Shown here: positions 13,082-26,440 of the stretch, one piece after another
Numbering within the stretch: the stretch's first letter is position 1
How the letters are laid out: the number at the start of each line of letters is the position of its first letter
Source: Octopus bimaculoides
Lineage: Eukaryota
Direction of reading: 5' to 3'
NCBI RefSeq assembly: GCF_001194135.2
Contig: NC_068982.1
Location: forward strand, 56,045,277-56,105,504
DNA: 60,228 nucleotides
Notes under the pieces: model-generated
What the model was told of the DNA's origin: nothing
The model's input: the letters and a program-made list of their open reading frames with translations, nothing else
The model's database searches: none
Made by a program: the position numbers and the translations under genes

Positions 13082-14352
13082 ATGGCTCGTGAATATTAAA
13101 AAAAAAAATCATCCATGCCTTTCATGCTATGTTTATAGTAATTTTATAACAAAGACTCAGAGACGAACTAATACTTCGGATTTCGGATCTTATAATAATA
13201 TGCTATATATACTTTGGTTGTCATAGAAGTGATTGAAACTAACTGTGGGTGTCATGAATCTTACTCTGCTCGTTCAAGTGAACTACATGATTCGTTGAAC
13301 AAATAGAGACGTCCAATAACTTTTGTCATACCTGTGATATGGATATAACAAAGAGATCATCATGCTGTTTGCTTCTTTTGTAATGTTAAAATAATTTTTT
13401 TTATCACACTGAACAAACACAGTAGTGTCTATCCAAAGATGTATTCAGAAGGTAGAACGGTCTCACTTGATGAAACATTGGCTAACTCTTTCACCCAATG
13501 GCTGAGCAATGGTCAAAGTGCTGGGCATTTTACAGATCCTGAACACATTCTTGAAGAAATTTAAAATCAAAGATGTCTGATCAAAAACGTTTGAATGATC
13601 GTGTTAAAGACTTATCCTTGTCGCTGTCTAAAGCGAAGTCCAAGCCTATCACTGCCTCAATACTAGATGAAGGTAATTTGCTTGCTCAAAATACCAAGTG
13701 ACTCAGCTATCGAAAAAGAAATTTAATTTGGTTGTATGCTTTACAATTACAATGGTATCAATGAACTCTTCGCAAACATATTACAGATTCGCTTTAGCAT
13801 CTGTTTGGCACAATTTCCTCAATTAATACAGAGGAAATTTGAAAGTAGTTCTGCAACATGCTCTATATCGATATATTTTATTGCTTGCTCCCATTCAATA
13901 CAAGGTTCGTCAGTGGAATCTCAAAGATATTGGTATGCTAATGAGATTCTGTAGCAAGATTTAGTAGTGTTGTTCTTATGCTTAGTTAACAGTCATACAA
14001 ACACGGACTATTATTTACACGTGACTTGTTACTAAGGTCAACATATTTCTCAGAAGTGACAAGTGTCTTGTCCTACCGATTAGTTGATCTTAAGAAGATA
14101 TCTCCGCTACCTCTCCACGTTAAACTTAGTTTTTGCAAATCAATGATTAAACAATATTCATGAGGATTTCCATACTTTTTCTTAAAAGATTACGAAATGT
14201 GAATGTAGCAAAGTAATAGAGAGAATTTTTGTAGAGCTGCAAATCGGAGAAGTTTTAATTGGTATTGAAGCTGAGAAAAAAAAAAAAAAGAAAACTTAGT
14301 ATGCTGGAAGTAAATGCTTGGCAAACTTTTAAATGGTTATGCGGTAACTCTG
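13082..14352 (+). mobile_element. Heavily decayed Chapaev-like (CMC superfamily) transposase
   Basis: Collinear degenerate motifs: FVIPVIWI*QRDHHAVCFFC (13322-13381), LNDRVKDLSLS (~13590), PLPLHVKL (14104), AKVIERIFVELQI (14208), EVNAWQTFK; they resemble PMVWRE..H..DCYFC, LNDLVRDL, LPPLHIKLG, KIKEGIFVGPQI. TIRs not identified; family assignment is from memory of these motifs. Confidence 0.65.
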
Positions 14353-15423
14353 GAGTTTCGATACACTTTGAGTATAAAATAGGAATGCCACAACTGAAAC
14401 GTCTTTTATTTTATATANNNNNNNNNNNNNTATATATATATATATATGGTGCCCCAGCATGGCCACAGCTCATTAGCTGAAACTAGATAAAATGAAAATG
14501 AAATATATTTATATATATGCTTAAATTTGGTTGATCTGGAGCTAAACAACAATCTATAACAACGTTTGACATTATACAGAAATAATTTTGGTGTGCACTG
14601 AAAGCGACCTTTGCCACTTTACTCTGTAGGTACTGTTCATTGCTAGATTAATAATCATTAAATGGCACTTTGGTGTTTAGCTCAAATCGATGACACTCAC
14701 CATTAAATCAGTAAATTTTTTCTATCTCTGTTCAACATGACGGTGGTATTCGCTTTTAGATCAATAATACTTTAATCACTCTCAGTTGTAATTGAGTTGA
14801 AGTCGCCTCTAAAATGTTGCATCTCTTATTCAATGCTCACGAAAAGAACAATAAAAAAAATCTAAATCACTAAGTGTGATTTAACTCAAGGAATTGTTCA
14901 CTTTTGAGATCAATATCTTTTTCTATGACTCACTATTCAGTATTATACTTTACTTTTGAGACACCAGATAACTTTGGGATATCACTCTAGTTGATCTGTT
15001 GTTAAGAAAACGACATAAAATGTTTGATTACTTATGCGGCAATATTTGTGCCTCGTTTTTACTTTTTGTTCTCTCCAGCTTCAACCTCCGCAAGCAATAA
15101 ACTGTCGCTTGACCATTAGAAAAGGCGGCAAAATCTTCCTCAAATGACACCCTAGGCTTGAACACACCGAGTCTCATGGATCTGGGAGCCCAATTCTGAT
15201 CTATGTATATTGTAGTTTACTGTCCATAAATATGGGACCCAGTGCGCTGATTCTTCTGGGACCTATGTTCTTAAAATGGAAGAATAATGTAGTTCACTGC
15301 CTAAAGTTAAATGAGATTGTCACGTCCGTAATGCTTTTGGTCGCCGGAACTAGGGATGATATGCGGTTAAACAACAATATTTAAAGTAATTTCTTACATA
15401 AATATTTTAAAATATTGTTTTAC

Positions 15424-15572
15424 CGCAGGAGTGGGTGTGCGTAAGGAGCTTGCTTCCCAATCACATGGTTCCGGGTTCAGTCCCACTGCGTGGCACCTTG
15501 TGCAAGTGTTTTCTACTATAGCCTCGGGCCTTGTGAGTGGATTTGGTAGACGAAAACTAAAAGAAGCCCGTC

Positions 15573-15604
<32 letters not shown>

Positions 15605-16047
15605 NNNNNNNNNNNNNNNNNNNNNNNNNNNNNNNNNNNNNNNNNNNNNNNNNNNNNNNNNNNNNNNNNNNNNNNNNNNNNNNNNNNNNNNNNNNNNNNN
15701 NNNNNNNNNNNNNNNNNNNNNNNNNNNNNNNNNNNNNNNNNNNNNNNNNNNNNNNNNNNNNNNNNNNNNNNNNNNNNNNNNNNNNNNNNNNNNNNTGTGT
15801 GTGTGTGTGTGTGTGTGTATGTATATGTATGTATGTATTTGTGTGTCTGTGTTTGTCCTCCCACCATCGCTTGGCAACCAATGTTGAAGTCCTTACGCCC
15901 CCGTAACTTTGCAGTTCGGCAAAAGAGACCAATGGAATGAGTACTAGGCTTACAGAAAATAAGTCCTGGGGTCGATTTGTTCGACTAAAGGTGGTGCTCC
16001 AGCATGGCCGCAGTCAAATGACTGAAGCAAGTAAAAGAATAAAGAAT
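15424..16047 (+). mobile_element. SINE family B, full length, with a gap in the internal microsatellite
   Basis: Head, CORE-like segment and tail present; N-gap 15605-15795 between (TA)n and (TG)n. Confidence 0.88.
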
Positions 16048-16275
16048 AAGCCAAAGGTGATAAATGATGACGTACGGTTACTTACAATTGGCCTCAATAT
16101 ATTTCCTGGTACTTTTTTTAATGTAGCAACCTCAGAAAGACAGAACTTGTATGACTGAATTTTAAAAAAATAATTGTTTAATCATTGAAAATTTTGTATC
16201 CATGCCATCTGCTGACACACCCAGTCGAGTTACATTGTTGTAATAGTAGCTGTCTATTTTGAGTAAGGGATATGC

Positions 16276-16366
16276 TAGAGTTAAGGGTTAGGGATAGGAT
16301 TAGGGTTACGGTTTAGGGTTAGGGTTATGGTTAGGCTTTAGGATTAGAATTAGAGTTAGGTTTAGA
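16276..16366 (+). repeat. Degenerate (TTAGGG)n telomere-like array
   Basis: About 15 imperfect hexamers (GTTAGG, ATTAGG, GTTACG, TTTAGG). Confidence 0.8.
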
Positions 16367-16609
16367 CTGCGCGCTAAAGTGTAAATGACCAGGGAGATGG
16401 CACGCTGTAGCGGCATCAACCATTTTATCTTTTATTCACGGTGTCTAAGTTTACATCATCTTAGGTGGTCATTTTAAAGTAAGTGTAATTCAAGGAAGGC
16501 TTCCTTCTTTCAGAAAGAAAACATTAATGTAAAAGGCATTTCAGGCTGAAGGGGAGAATTCAAAATGTGAAGAGGAAAAAACGGAAAGAGAAATGATGAG
16601 ATGCAACAT

Positions 16610-16674
16610 AACAAGAGGGCAAGTAAAAAGAAAACTGAAGATAAACAGATAGAGAGGTGGGAAAAGACAGAACG

Positions 16675-16752
<78 letters not shown>

Positions 16753-17080
16753 AGAGGGGAAAGAGAAAGGAGAGAAGAAAAGAGGGAGAGAAAGTGAAGA
16801 GACAGAACGCAAAGAAATTGAACGTACAGCAATGGATTATAAATAGAGGAAATGTAAAGGGACTGAAATACAGAAACTGAACGGAAGGAAATAGAAGAAG
16901 AGAGAGAGAGAGAGGGAGAGGGAGAGAGATATAGTGAGAGTGAAAGAGGGAGAAGAAAGAGAAGGCGGTAGAGAGAGGGGGAAATAGAGAGGGCGTAGAG
17001 AGAGGGCTGTAGAGAAAGAGGGTGCACAGAGAGAGAGAGGGGGGAGAGTGAGGAGAGAGAGACGTTGAAGAGACAGAACA
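16610..17080. repeat. Purine-rich (GA)n tract
   Basis: Pure (GA)n at about 16678-16749 within a longer polypurine region; other (GA)/(TC) arrays at 21800-21900 and 46555-46754. Confidence 0.9.
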
Positions 17081-18145
17081 TGAACATATTATAGTATTAG
17101 AGATTGAAAATAATTATTTCTACTCTAGGTACAAAGCCTTGAAAATTTTTTTTGAGAGGTGAAGGGAGCTAGTCGATTACATCAACGCTAGTGCGTAACN
17201 NNNNNNNNNNNNNNNNNNNNNNNNNNNNNNNNNNNNNNNNNNNNNNNNNNNNNNNNNNNNNNNNNNNNNNNNNNNNNNNNNNNNNNNNNNNNNNNNNNNN
17301 NNNNNNNNNNNNNNNNNNNNNNNNNNNNNNNNNNNNNNNNNNNNNNNNNNNNNNNNNNNNNNNNNNNNNNNNNNNNNNNNNNNNNNNNNNNNNNNNNNNN
17401 NNNNNNNNNNNNNNNNNNNNNNNNNNNNNNNNNNNNNNNNNNNNNNNNNNNNNNNNNNNNNNNNNNNNNNNNNNNNNNNNNNNNNNNNNNNNNNNNNNNN
17501 NNNNNNNNNNNNNNNNNNNNNNNNNNNNNNNNNNNNNNNNNNNNNNNNNNNNNNNNNNNNNNNNNNNNNNNNNNNNNNNNNNNNNNNNNNNNNNNNNNNN
17601 NNNNNNNNNNNNNNNNNNNNNNNNNNNNNNNNNNNNNNNNNNNNNNNNNNNNNNNNNNNNNNNNNNNNNNNNNNNNNNNNNNNNNNNNNNNNNNNNNNNN
17701 NNNNNNNNNNNNNNNNNNNNNNNNNNNNNNNNNNNNNNNNNNNNNNNNNNNNNNNNNNNNNNNNNNNNNNNNNNNNNNNNNNNNNNNNNNNNNNNNNNNN
17801 NNNNNNNNNNNNNNNNNNNNNNNNNNNNNNNNNNNNNNNNNNNNNNNNNNNNNNNNNNNNNNNNNNNNNNNNNNNNNNNNNNNNNNNNNNNNNNNNNNNN
17901 NNNNNNNNNNNNNNNNNNNNNNNNNNNNNNNNNNNNNNNNNNNNNNNNNNNNNNNNNNNNNNNNNNGAGAGAGAGAGAGAGAGAGAGCGAGCACGTCAAG
18001 AAACGTAGCTTAGTGTCATGCACGAAATATCACACTTATTTTCCCATTTGAAACTTTCACTGAGTGTCAATCCAAAATATTCACCTTTGTACGTCCAATT
18101 AACTTTTATTGTTTTCTTTCCTGTTTTTCTTTTAAAATTTGCCTG

Positions 18146-18207
<62 letters not shown>

Positions 18208-18527
18208 TATGTGTTTGTGTAAAGGTAAGGTCCAAGGGTCTAGGTGTAAGAAATTAGTGAGCTTCAAGTAGCAGTCCGTAGAAGATATGAAAAACAACTA
18301 TCAGTGGTTTATTGGCGCAGAAGGTAGTGAATGTTTCTCGTATCGAACTACGATAAACTGAAAAAAGTTTATTTTATAGTTCACGGTTAGTAACTGGGGT
18401 TGTTGTATATGCGAATAAACATCCAAAAGGGGAGCATGTTGTTTATGGTTGGTGACGTCCTGTACCCATATATGCATATATGTGTATGTGTGTACATATA
18501 CATATATATATGCATATATATACATAT

Positions 18528-19201
18528 TATTTATATTATTATTTGATTGAACGCCACGCATCCATTTCCAAGTAAGTTTATCGTTATAATTTTGATGCGA
18601 CTCTACCCTTTACTATCCTCTACCCCTATCGCTTTCTCTCTCATCCTTTCTCTAATTCCTATTTTTTCCCCTTCACCGTTATCTTTCTATCCGTTTCTCT
18701 CTCTCTCCCTCTTTCTCCTTTACACTTTCTCCCGCGTTGCTCACACGTGAGCATCGTCCATCTTTCTTCTCCTCACGTGATGATCTTTCTTTTCCTTCAC
18801 GGCTGTCGTAGAGACTGCACTATCCCCTCTATCTCTCTTTTCTACCTGTCCTCTTATCAAAGAGAATATTCCTCCAGCGTTCGCTATTTTACCTTTATCT
18901 GGTCTAACAACCGTCCATGTTTGTTTTCATTCGGTTTCCTTGTATGTCTTCACTGTCCTGTTTTTGACCCCTCCACAAATCCCTAATATTATTTTGGTTT
19001 TCGGGAGCAACTGCCCTTCGAAGACTCATATCGACGTTTAATGCTCAAAATGAAGAGTAGATGGACAGCCGACAACTGATGAAGGGTCGTTCTTTATATT
19101 ACTTGTCCTGCTTTCCATTTGTTTCTCTCGTTGTTTATGTATTCAGGTCTTTTGTTTTCGTATTTCGTGTTGTTTACGGTTTGTGACGTCCTGTACCCAT
19201 A
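18528..19201 (+). repeat. Dispersed pyrimidine-rich repeat family E ending GACGTCCTGTACCCATA
   Basis: Homologous to 39715-40298(+) and 47087-47550(-); terminal fragments at 3761-3860(-) and 18440-18470(+); all long copies carry GACAACTGATGAAG. Possibly Penelope-derived. Confidence 0.7.
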
Positions 19202-19205
19202 CATG

Positions 19206-19246
<41 letters not shown>

Positions 19247-19753
19247 NNNNNNNNNNNNNNNNNNNNNNNNNNNNNNNNNNNNNNNNNNNNNNNNNNNNNN
19301 NNNNNNNNNNNNNNNNNNNNNNNNNNNNNNNNNNNNNNNNNNNNNNNNNNNNNNNNNNNNNNNNNNNNNNNNNNNNNNNNNNNNNNNNNNNNNNNNNNNN
19401 NNNNNNNNNNNNNNNNNNNNNNNNNNNNNNNNNNNNNNNNNNNNNNNNNNNNNNNNNNCATGCATGCATACATACATGCATACATACATACATGCATATA
19501 CATACACGCATAAATATATAGGTGTGTGTGTATGTGTGTGTGAGTGTGTGTGTGTATATATATATGCATATATGTATATTATTTATGTTATATCATATTA
19601 TATATATATATATATATACATATATATAAATACATATACATACATACATGCATGCATACATACATACATGCACACATGCATACATACATACATACATACA
19701 TATACATACATACACGCATATATATATGCTCGGAGTATATCCGCTCGGCGTGC

Positions 19754-19785
<32 letters not shown>

Positions 19786-20467
19786 TTGTGTGTGTGTGTG
19801 TGTGTATGTGTGTACTTGTGTGTGAGTGTGTGTGCGTGCGTGTGTGTGCGTGTGTGTACATACTCATGTGTTTATTAAAAAAGCACGTCTTAATTTAATG
19901 TAATAAGGCGGTACAAGATCAAGACGACACTAAACGAGATTGGAGAAAAAAAGGAAGAGAACTAGAAAAGGAAAAGAAGCTGTCGTGACGTGCAGGAGTA
20001 AATCGGGTGGCGGGTAGTGGAGTTGCGTCGATTGTCAATGAAGTTTTAATATCACCTGAAGAAACTTTCCGCTGGCGATTTAACCTTGCGGATTATAGCG
20101 GATTACTGTTCAGGTATGAACAGGTGCAATGTTCTCAAATAGAAGCTAGGAATTAAGAAACAAGAGTGGTGGAGAGAACGAAAGCAGAGACACATGGGTA
20201 AAAGTAGAATGAAATTGTGGGGTGAAAGGAGGGCGTAGAGAAATTGTGTGTGTGTGTGTGTGTAAGTGTCTGTGAGAAGAGAGGGAGAGTGAGACAGACA
20301 AAGAAAGAAAGAGTGAGAGAGAAACAGAGAGGGACACTTCCTCTTCCACATGTATGTGTGTGTCTGAATACATATATAAATACATATACACATATCTATC
20401 TATATACTTATGTGTGTGTGTCTATATATATATACCTATATGTATATATATGTATATCATATATATG

Positions 20468-20503
<36 letters not shown>

Positions 20504-21149
20504 CATATGTATACATATGTATACATATATATGTATGTATATATATNNNNNNNNNNNNNNNNNNNNNNNNNNNNNNNNNNNNNNNNNNNNNNNNNNNNNN
20601 NNNNNNNNNNNNNNNNNNNNNNNNNNNNNNNNNNNNNNNNNNNNNNNNNNNNNNNNNNNNNNNNNNNNNNNNNNNNNNNNNNNNNNNNNNNNNNNNNNNN
20701 NNNNNNNNNNNNNNNNNNNNNNNNNNNNNNNNNNNNNNNNNNNNNNNNNNNNNNNNNNNNNNNNNNNNNNNNNNNNNNNNNNNNNNNNNNNNNNNNNNNN
20801 NNNNNNNNNNNNNNNNNNNNNNNNNNNNNNNNNNNNNNNNNNNNNNNNNATATATATATACACACAAGCACATCAAACATACACACACACACACACACAC
20901 ACAGAAAATATATAAGTCGAAATAACCATTAATTAAAAGTATATACATGTAATAAGTAAAACCTAGGCTTGCCAAAATTGTGTTTATGTTAGACTACGAA
21001 TTCGGTAAATTGTTAGGCAAGCTTTGGCTGCTTTTGTATTAGAAATGATTTCAAATAATGTACTGCTGTCTACCTGATGGCTAACATCGGTGTCACTCGT
21101 TGATGTCAGTATGGGAGGAAGAAGAGATTACACACTAGTTGGGGATCGT

Positions 21150-21400
21150 CAGCTGACTCCTGTTGTGATGGTGTAGATCGTTGTGCGAACTTGTCTAAAG
21201 TTCCTTGAATTGTCTTTTGCTTCTTCTCTTCAAAGATTAGCTAATAAGGTGCAATAGTATCTTGACACCCCACCACACAATATTTTTACAAAACGTTGTA
21301 CATTGGGATCCATTTCCTCAAATAAAACAAGTCATTTATCTAAATGAGAAAAAGCCTCTTGCATTTTCTTCAACGTAAATCGACGAGACTCAGGATCAAT
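21150..21400 (-). mobile_element. Tigger/pogo transposase C-terminal remnant
   Basis: Minus strand: RFTLKKMQEAFSHLDK*LVLFEEMDPNVQRFVKI, then after a frameshift DTIAPY*LIFEEKKQKTIQGTLDKF; typical Tigger C-terminus (FEEMDPN..RF; YEEKKKQTxQxTLDKF). Confidence 0.72.
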
Positions 21401-21797
21401 GATGCAGACTACATTTTAACATTAATTTTAATATGCTATACAGATTATATGTTTCTAATCCTTTTTTAAATTTATTTCTCGGAGACGAATACGAACGTAA
21501 CCAATCGATACAACTCGGATCTAACAGCACAGTATAGCATGAACGTTATTGCTGTTTTGCCAGACGACGTAAATTATTACAGTATTTAATATTTAATTAA
21601 TATTTTAGAAAGATTGACGTATCTTCGGAAATGACGTAAATCGAAACGACTTAACCAGGGGTGTATGTGCATACACATATTCACATAAGCTAACACACAC
21701 AAAACAAGCTTGCATACTTCCTCTCTCATACTCACACACACAAACTCACACACACAAGCTTGTGTTTGTGCGTGTGTTTATGAGAGAAAGGGAGAGA

Positions 21798-21902
<105 letters not shown>

Positions 21903-22414
21903 CGAGAGAGAGAAAGATAAAGAAGGTATGTGATTTATTATAAGCCATGTCATTTGTCACTTCCACTCCTACCGACTGACATATGAGAGTGAGGTTTGTG
22001 TTGATAACCAACGAAACAATGAATGGGATCTTAGCGCCATTTTACAGGTTACTGCGTACTTTTCAAGGGATAAAAAAATACTTCCTTCTTGACCCATCTC
22101 CTCCTCTCTTGTATTCACTTTTCGATGGCTTAGAAACTTATCATTGTTGTCCTTGGTACTGCTGTTTAGCCCTAGGTGAGTCTTGAAACATAGACCTATA
22201 GTGGAATACAATCCAACTGCGACTACTCTACTAAAATCACCCCACACATTTTAACAAATATAGATCTAACTCCAAATTTCTTTGTATTTCTACCCCAACC
22301 TCTGCTTAGCATTCCGACAATGACAGCAATATAAAAAGTACCGGGCTTAAATAAAATTTAAAGTACTGGGGTCGATTATAAAATAAATCTTTCTTCTTTG
22401 TTTTGGATATATTT

Positions 22415-22781
22415 TTATCTTTCACTAGTCTTAATCATTGGACTGTAGCCATGCTGGGGCACCACCTGAAGCATTATTAGTCGAAAATTATCGACTTAAA
22501 TTTTATTTGTCTGGTACTTATTCTATCGCTATCATAGCCGGAGTGCTAAGTTACGTGTATGCAAACAAACCAAGATCAATCGTCAAGTAGTGATGTAGGG
22601 GAAACATACACACATATATTTGACAGGCTTCAACACAGTTTCCGTCTACCAAAGTTACTCACAAGATATTGGTAAACATAGGGCTATAATAGAGGACACT
22701 TGCTCATGATACTAATCAGTGGGACAGAACCCTCAAGCACATGGTTGGGAAGCAAGCTTCTTAATCACACAGCCACGCCTG
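22415..22781 (-). mobile_element. SINE family B, diverged copy
   Basis: Reverse-complement match across head, core and tail. Confidence 0.72.
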
Positions 22782-23328
22782 TCTTTGTATATATCTTTTA
22801 AAAGACGGTACATAAAGTCTGATCTGAGTGAACATTGGCTGCAGTTTCTAGTAAATTCAACGAGTACGGGGCGACTCCTTGATTGTGTTGTCAATATAAA
22901 CTTATTTTACTTCCGTCAGGTGTGTATCGGATACATAGTAACACAAGAATCCAGCAAGTAGGTGCAAATATACACAGACGCTTACACTCATGCTGCACAC
23001 ATATACAAAGAAACATGCATGGGCATATACACATAATTTAAAACAAAACAAAAAAAAACTAGCGCGTGCAAGCACACACATGTAGACACACACACACACA
23101 CACACACCGCGCGCGCGAAGTGAAATATAGTGCTCTGAATTTGTGCAGCTGTGTGTATGTATGTGTGCGCGTAAAAATAGAAAGATTGATAACCAGACAG
23201 ACAGACAGATAAATAAATAAATAGATGGATAGATATATAGATAAGCATACTNNNNNNNNNNNNNNNNNNNNNNNNNNNNNNNNNNNNNNNNNNNNNNNNN
23301 NNNNATATATATATATATATAGATATAT

Positions 23329-23660
23329 AGGCCTAGGCTTGGCTGTGTGGTAAGGAGATCACTTCCCAACCACATGATTCTGGGTTCGGTCCCACTGCAT
23401 GACATACTGGGCAAGTTTTTTCCACTATAGCCTCCGGCCGACCGGTATGTTGTGTATGGATTTGGTAGACGGGAAGTTAAAGAAGCCCGTCATATATATA
23501 TATACGCTTGATAATCAGTGTTAGTGTACATATGCATCCCCGTAATCTGGCGGTTCGGTAAAAAAAAATGATAGAATAAGTACAAGGTTTAAAAAAGGAA
23601 TACTGGGGTCGATTCATTCGACTAAAAATTCAAGGTGGTGCCCCAGCATGGCCGTAGTCT
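23329..23660 (+). mobile_element. SINE family B, older diverged copy
   Basis: Head, CORE-like segment and GGTGGTGCCCCAGCATGGCC tail. Confidence 0.8.
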
Positions 23661-24351
23661 CATAAACTATATACAGAGTATATCCTGTGTGTACAGGATA
23701 TACGACTGCTATTCTCAAGTTTAGTGGACCACGTAGATTACAGCATCCTGTCTACTTCGAGTACATTGGTTCAGTTATTACTATACTTAGTAGTATTAAC
23801 AGTTATGTTATTCAGAGCAAATATAGGAGAAATTACGATAAACGCAAGTTTATAAGCCATCTATTCCTACGTACGTTACTCCTTTGCGGTTGTTTGGAGT
23901 TCTGAATTAGCAACAGATCATCGGGGAACATTTTTTGCGTCATATTCCAGAGGACTAATGTATGCATTTCTGAACGATTGCAAGCAGTACATCAATATAT
24001 TGTATTTTGTTCACTGCTTGGTGAACACATTGGTCCCTGCTGAATCAATTGAAAGGGAACATGTGATGGTGTTAAACTGAGGTGAGAGATTAATTAATCT
24101 GTCTCCGTGCTTGTGTTACGCATATGTATGTGAGTACATATGTAGTTTTGTGCGTGCTAGTGCATATGTATTAGTGGCCTGCATGTCTATCTGTACACAT
24201 GTATGAATGCGTGAGTGTAACACAATGTCATGAAAAGATAAACCTATTACTGTTTCAGAAAAACAAAAAAACAAACACACAATAAATCTTAAATAGTGTA
24301 GTAATTGTAATTTAATGGATAAAATAGGCTAAAAAAAGTCAACTTGTAAAT

Positions 24352-24763
24352 CCTTTATCTTTTACGTGTCCCAGTCATTGAACTGCGACCATACTGAAGC
24401 ACCTTTCAAGGTTTAATCGAATGAATCGAGCGCAGTACTTTTTTTTAAAGTCTGTTACTTATTCTATCCATCGTTTGCCGAACCGCTAAGTTGCGAGGAT
24501 ATAGACAAACCAATACCGATTGTAAAATGGTGTGTGTGTGTGTGTGATGGGACAAATATAGTACAAACACAAAGGCACACACACACTTAAGATATACACA
24601 TATGCACAACAAGTTTCTTTCAGCTTCCGTCTACCAAATCCACTTACAATGCTTTGGTCGACCCGGACTATTGTAGAAGTACTTCCCAGGATGCCACACA
24701 ACAAAACTGAACCCGAAACCATAGGCTGGAAAACAAGCTTTTTAATGACACAGCCTACGTGTG
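24352..24763 (-). mobile_element. SINE family B, diverged copy
   Basis: Reverse-complement match across head, core and tail. Confidence 0.75.
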
Positions 24764-25476
24764 CATCTTTGTGTCTGTTTGCACTCCAACGCAACCCCAC
24801 CGTTTGACAACCGGTGTTGGTTTGTTTGCGTCCCCAAGATTTAGCCGTGCGTTAAAAGAGACAAATTGAATAAATAATAGACTTTAAAAATATGTACTAG
24901 ATTCCATTTGTTCGACCTATGTGAAAAAAAAAAAAAAATAAAAGAGGATGCCCCAGCGCAACAAGTAAAAGATGAAAGGTATAGCCTTGAGCAGACATAA
25001 ACCGTCTCTTCCTTCTCAAACTTGACCTAAAGGAACGTCCAGATGTTGCTATTGGAAGAAAAGAGTGGGCTACATCAGCAGTTGACTGATACTAAATACA
25101 ACTGTTTAGACTAGAGCAACGTGAAATGAAGTATTTTGTTGAAGGTCACAATGCGCTGCCTCATCTTGGAAGTTAACGCATGTTCTCATGATTATTAGCC
25201 GAACGCCTAACTACTTAGCCATGCGCCTTTTTCTTATATTTCTGTAGGCTATGGAGGAAAGAAACCCCTATACTGCTGAGGTTTCGAACCAATTTCTTGA
25301 AACCTATTCGCTTAAATGCTTTAAAAAAAAGGGAAAAAAATTGTTCCCCTCTGAAGTAAGGCTTGGTTGTTATTGCTGGCAGTATTCTTTACTCACTATT
25401 GTATATGAAATTATCTAAATTCATCAATTTTGTGCATATGATTTTTGTTTCCGCCGGGTTTTGGTCTTAATTAATC

Positions 25477-25546
<70 letters not shown>

Positions 25547-26004
25547 CAATGCCTTTAAGTTCTGGAAATTAATTACGGCATGTAATCGTGTATAAGTCCT
25601 ACTATTTTATATGGAGGTACAACTTAAACTATAAACGGAAAAAAAATTGTATTAAGATTTAGCACTAAATAAGGGATGCGACTTACACACGAGTAAATAC
25701 TGCAACTGATTACTGAATCTACTCACGAAGATAACCAGGTGTTGCACAATACAAAGGGACAAGAAAAAGGCGGCTTGCTTTTTCTTCGCTTTGTAATCGA
25801 TATGCAAGAGTCTTGAGGTGAATTCGTGTGTTGACACAACATCGTTTGTTTTGCTTTCCTTTAGCTCAAAATTTGCTCTGATTTATCTTTGACACATCAA
25901 TGTGGTTCCGTCCACGACAAACTCGAACTAGTATCCAGACAGCATACGAGAACTTGAATTGAAAGTAAATCCCGATACTTCTTACTATAGCATACATGAT
26001 TAAT

Positions 26005-26205
26005 CTCTTTTACTCTTTTACTCTTTTACTTGTTTCAGTCATTTGACTGCGGCCATGCTGGAGCACCGCTTTAGTCGAGAAAATCGACCGCAGGACTTAT
26101 TCTTTGTAAGCCTAGTACTTATTCTATCGGTCTCTTTTTGCCGAACCGCTAAGTTACGGGGATGTAAACACACCAGCATCGGTTGTCAAGCGATGATGGG
26201 GGGGA

Positions 26206-26275
<70 letters not shown>

Positions 26276-26440
26276 TACGACGGGCTTCTTTCAGTTTCCG
26301 TCTACCAAATCCACTCACAAGGCTTTGGTCGGCCCGAGGCTATAGTAGAAGACACTTGCCCAAGGTGCCACGCAGTGGGACTGAACCCGGAACCATGTGG
26401 TTAGTAAGCAAGTTTCTTTCCACACAGCCACTCCTGCGCC
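26005..26440 (-). mobile_element. SINE family B, full length
   Basis: Reverse complement of the consensus with (CTCTTTTA)n tail and internal (CA)n(TA)n. Confidence 0.9.
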
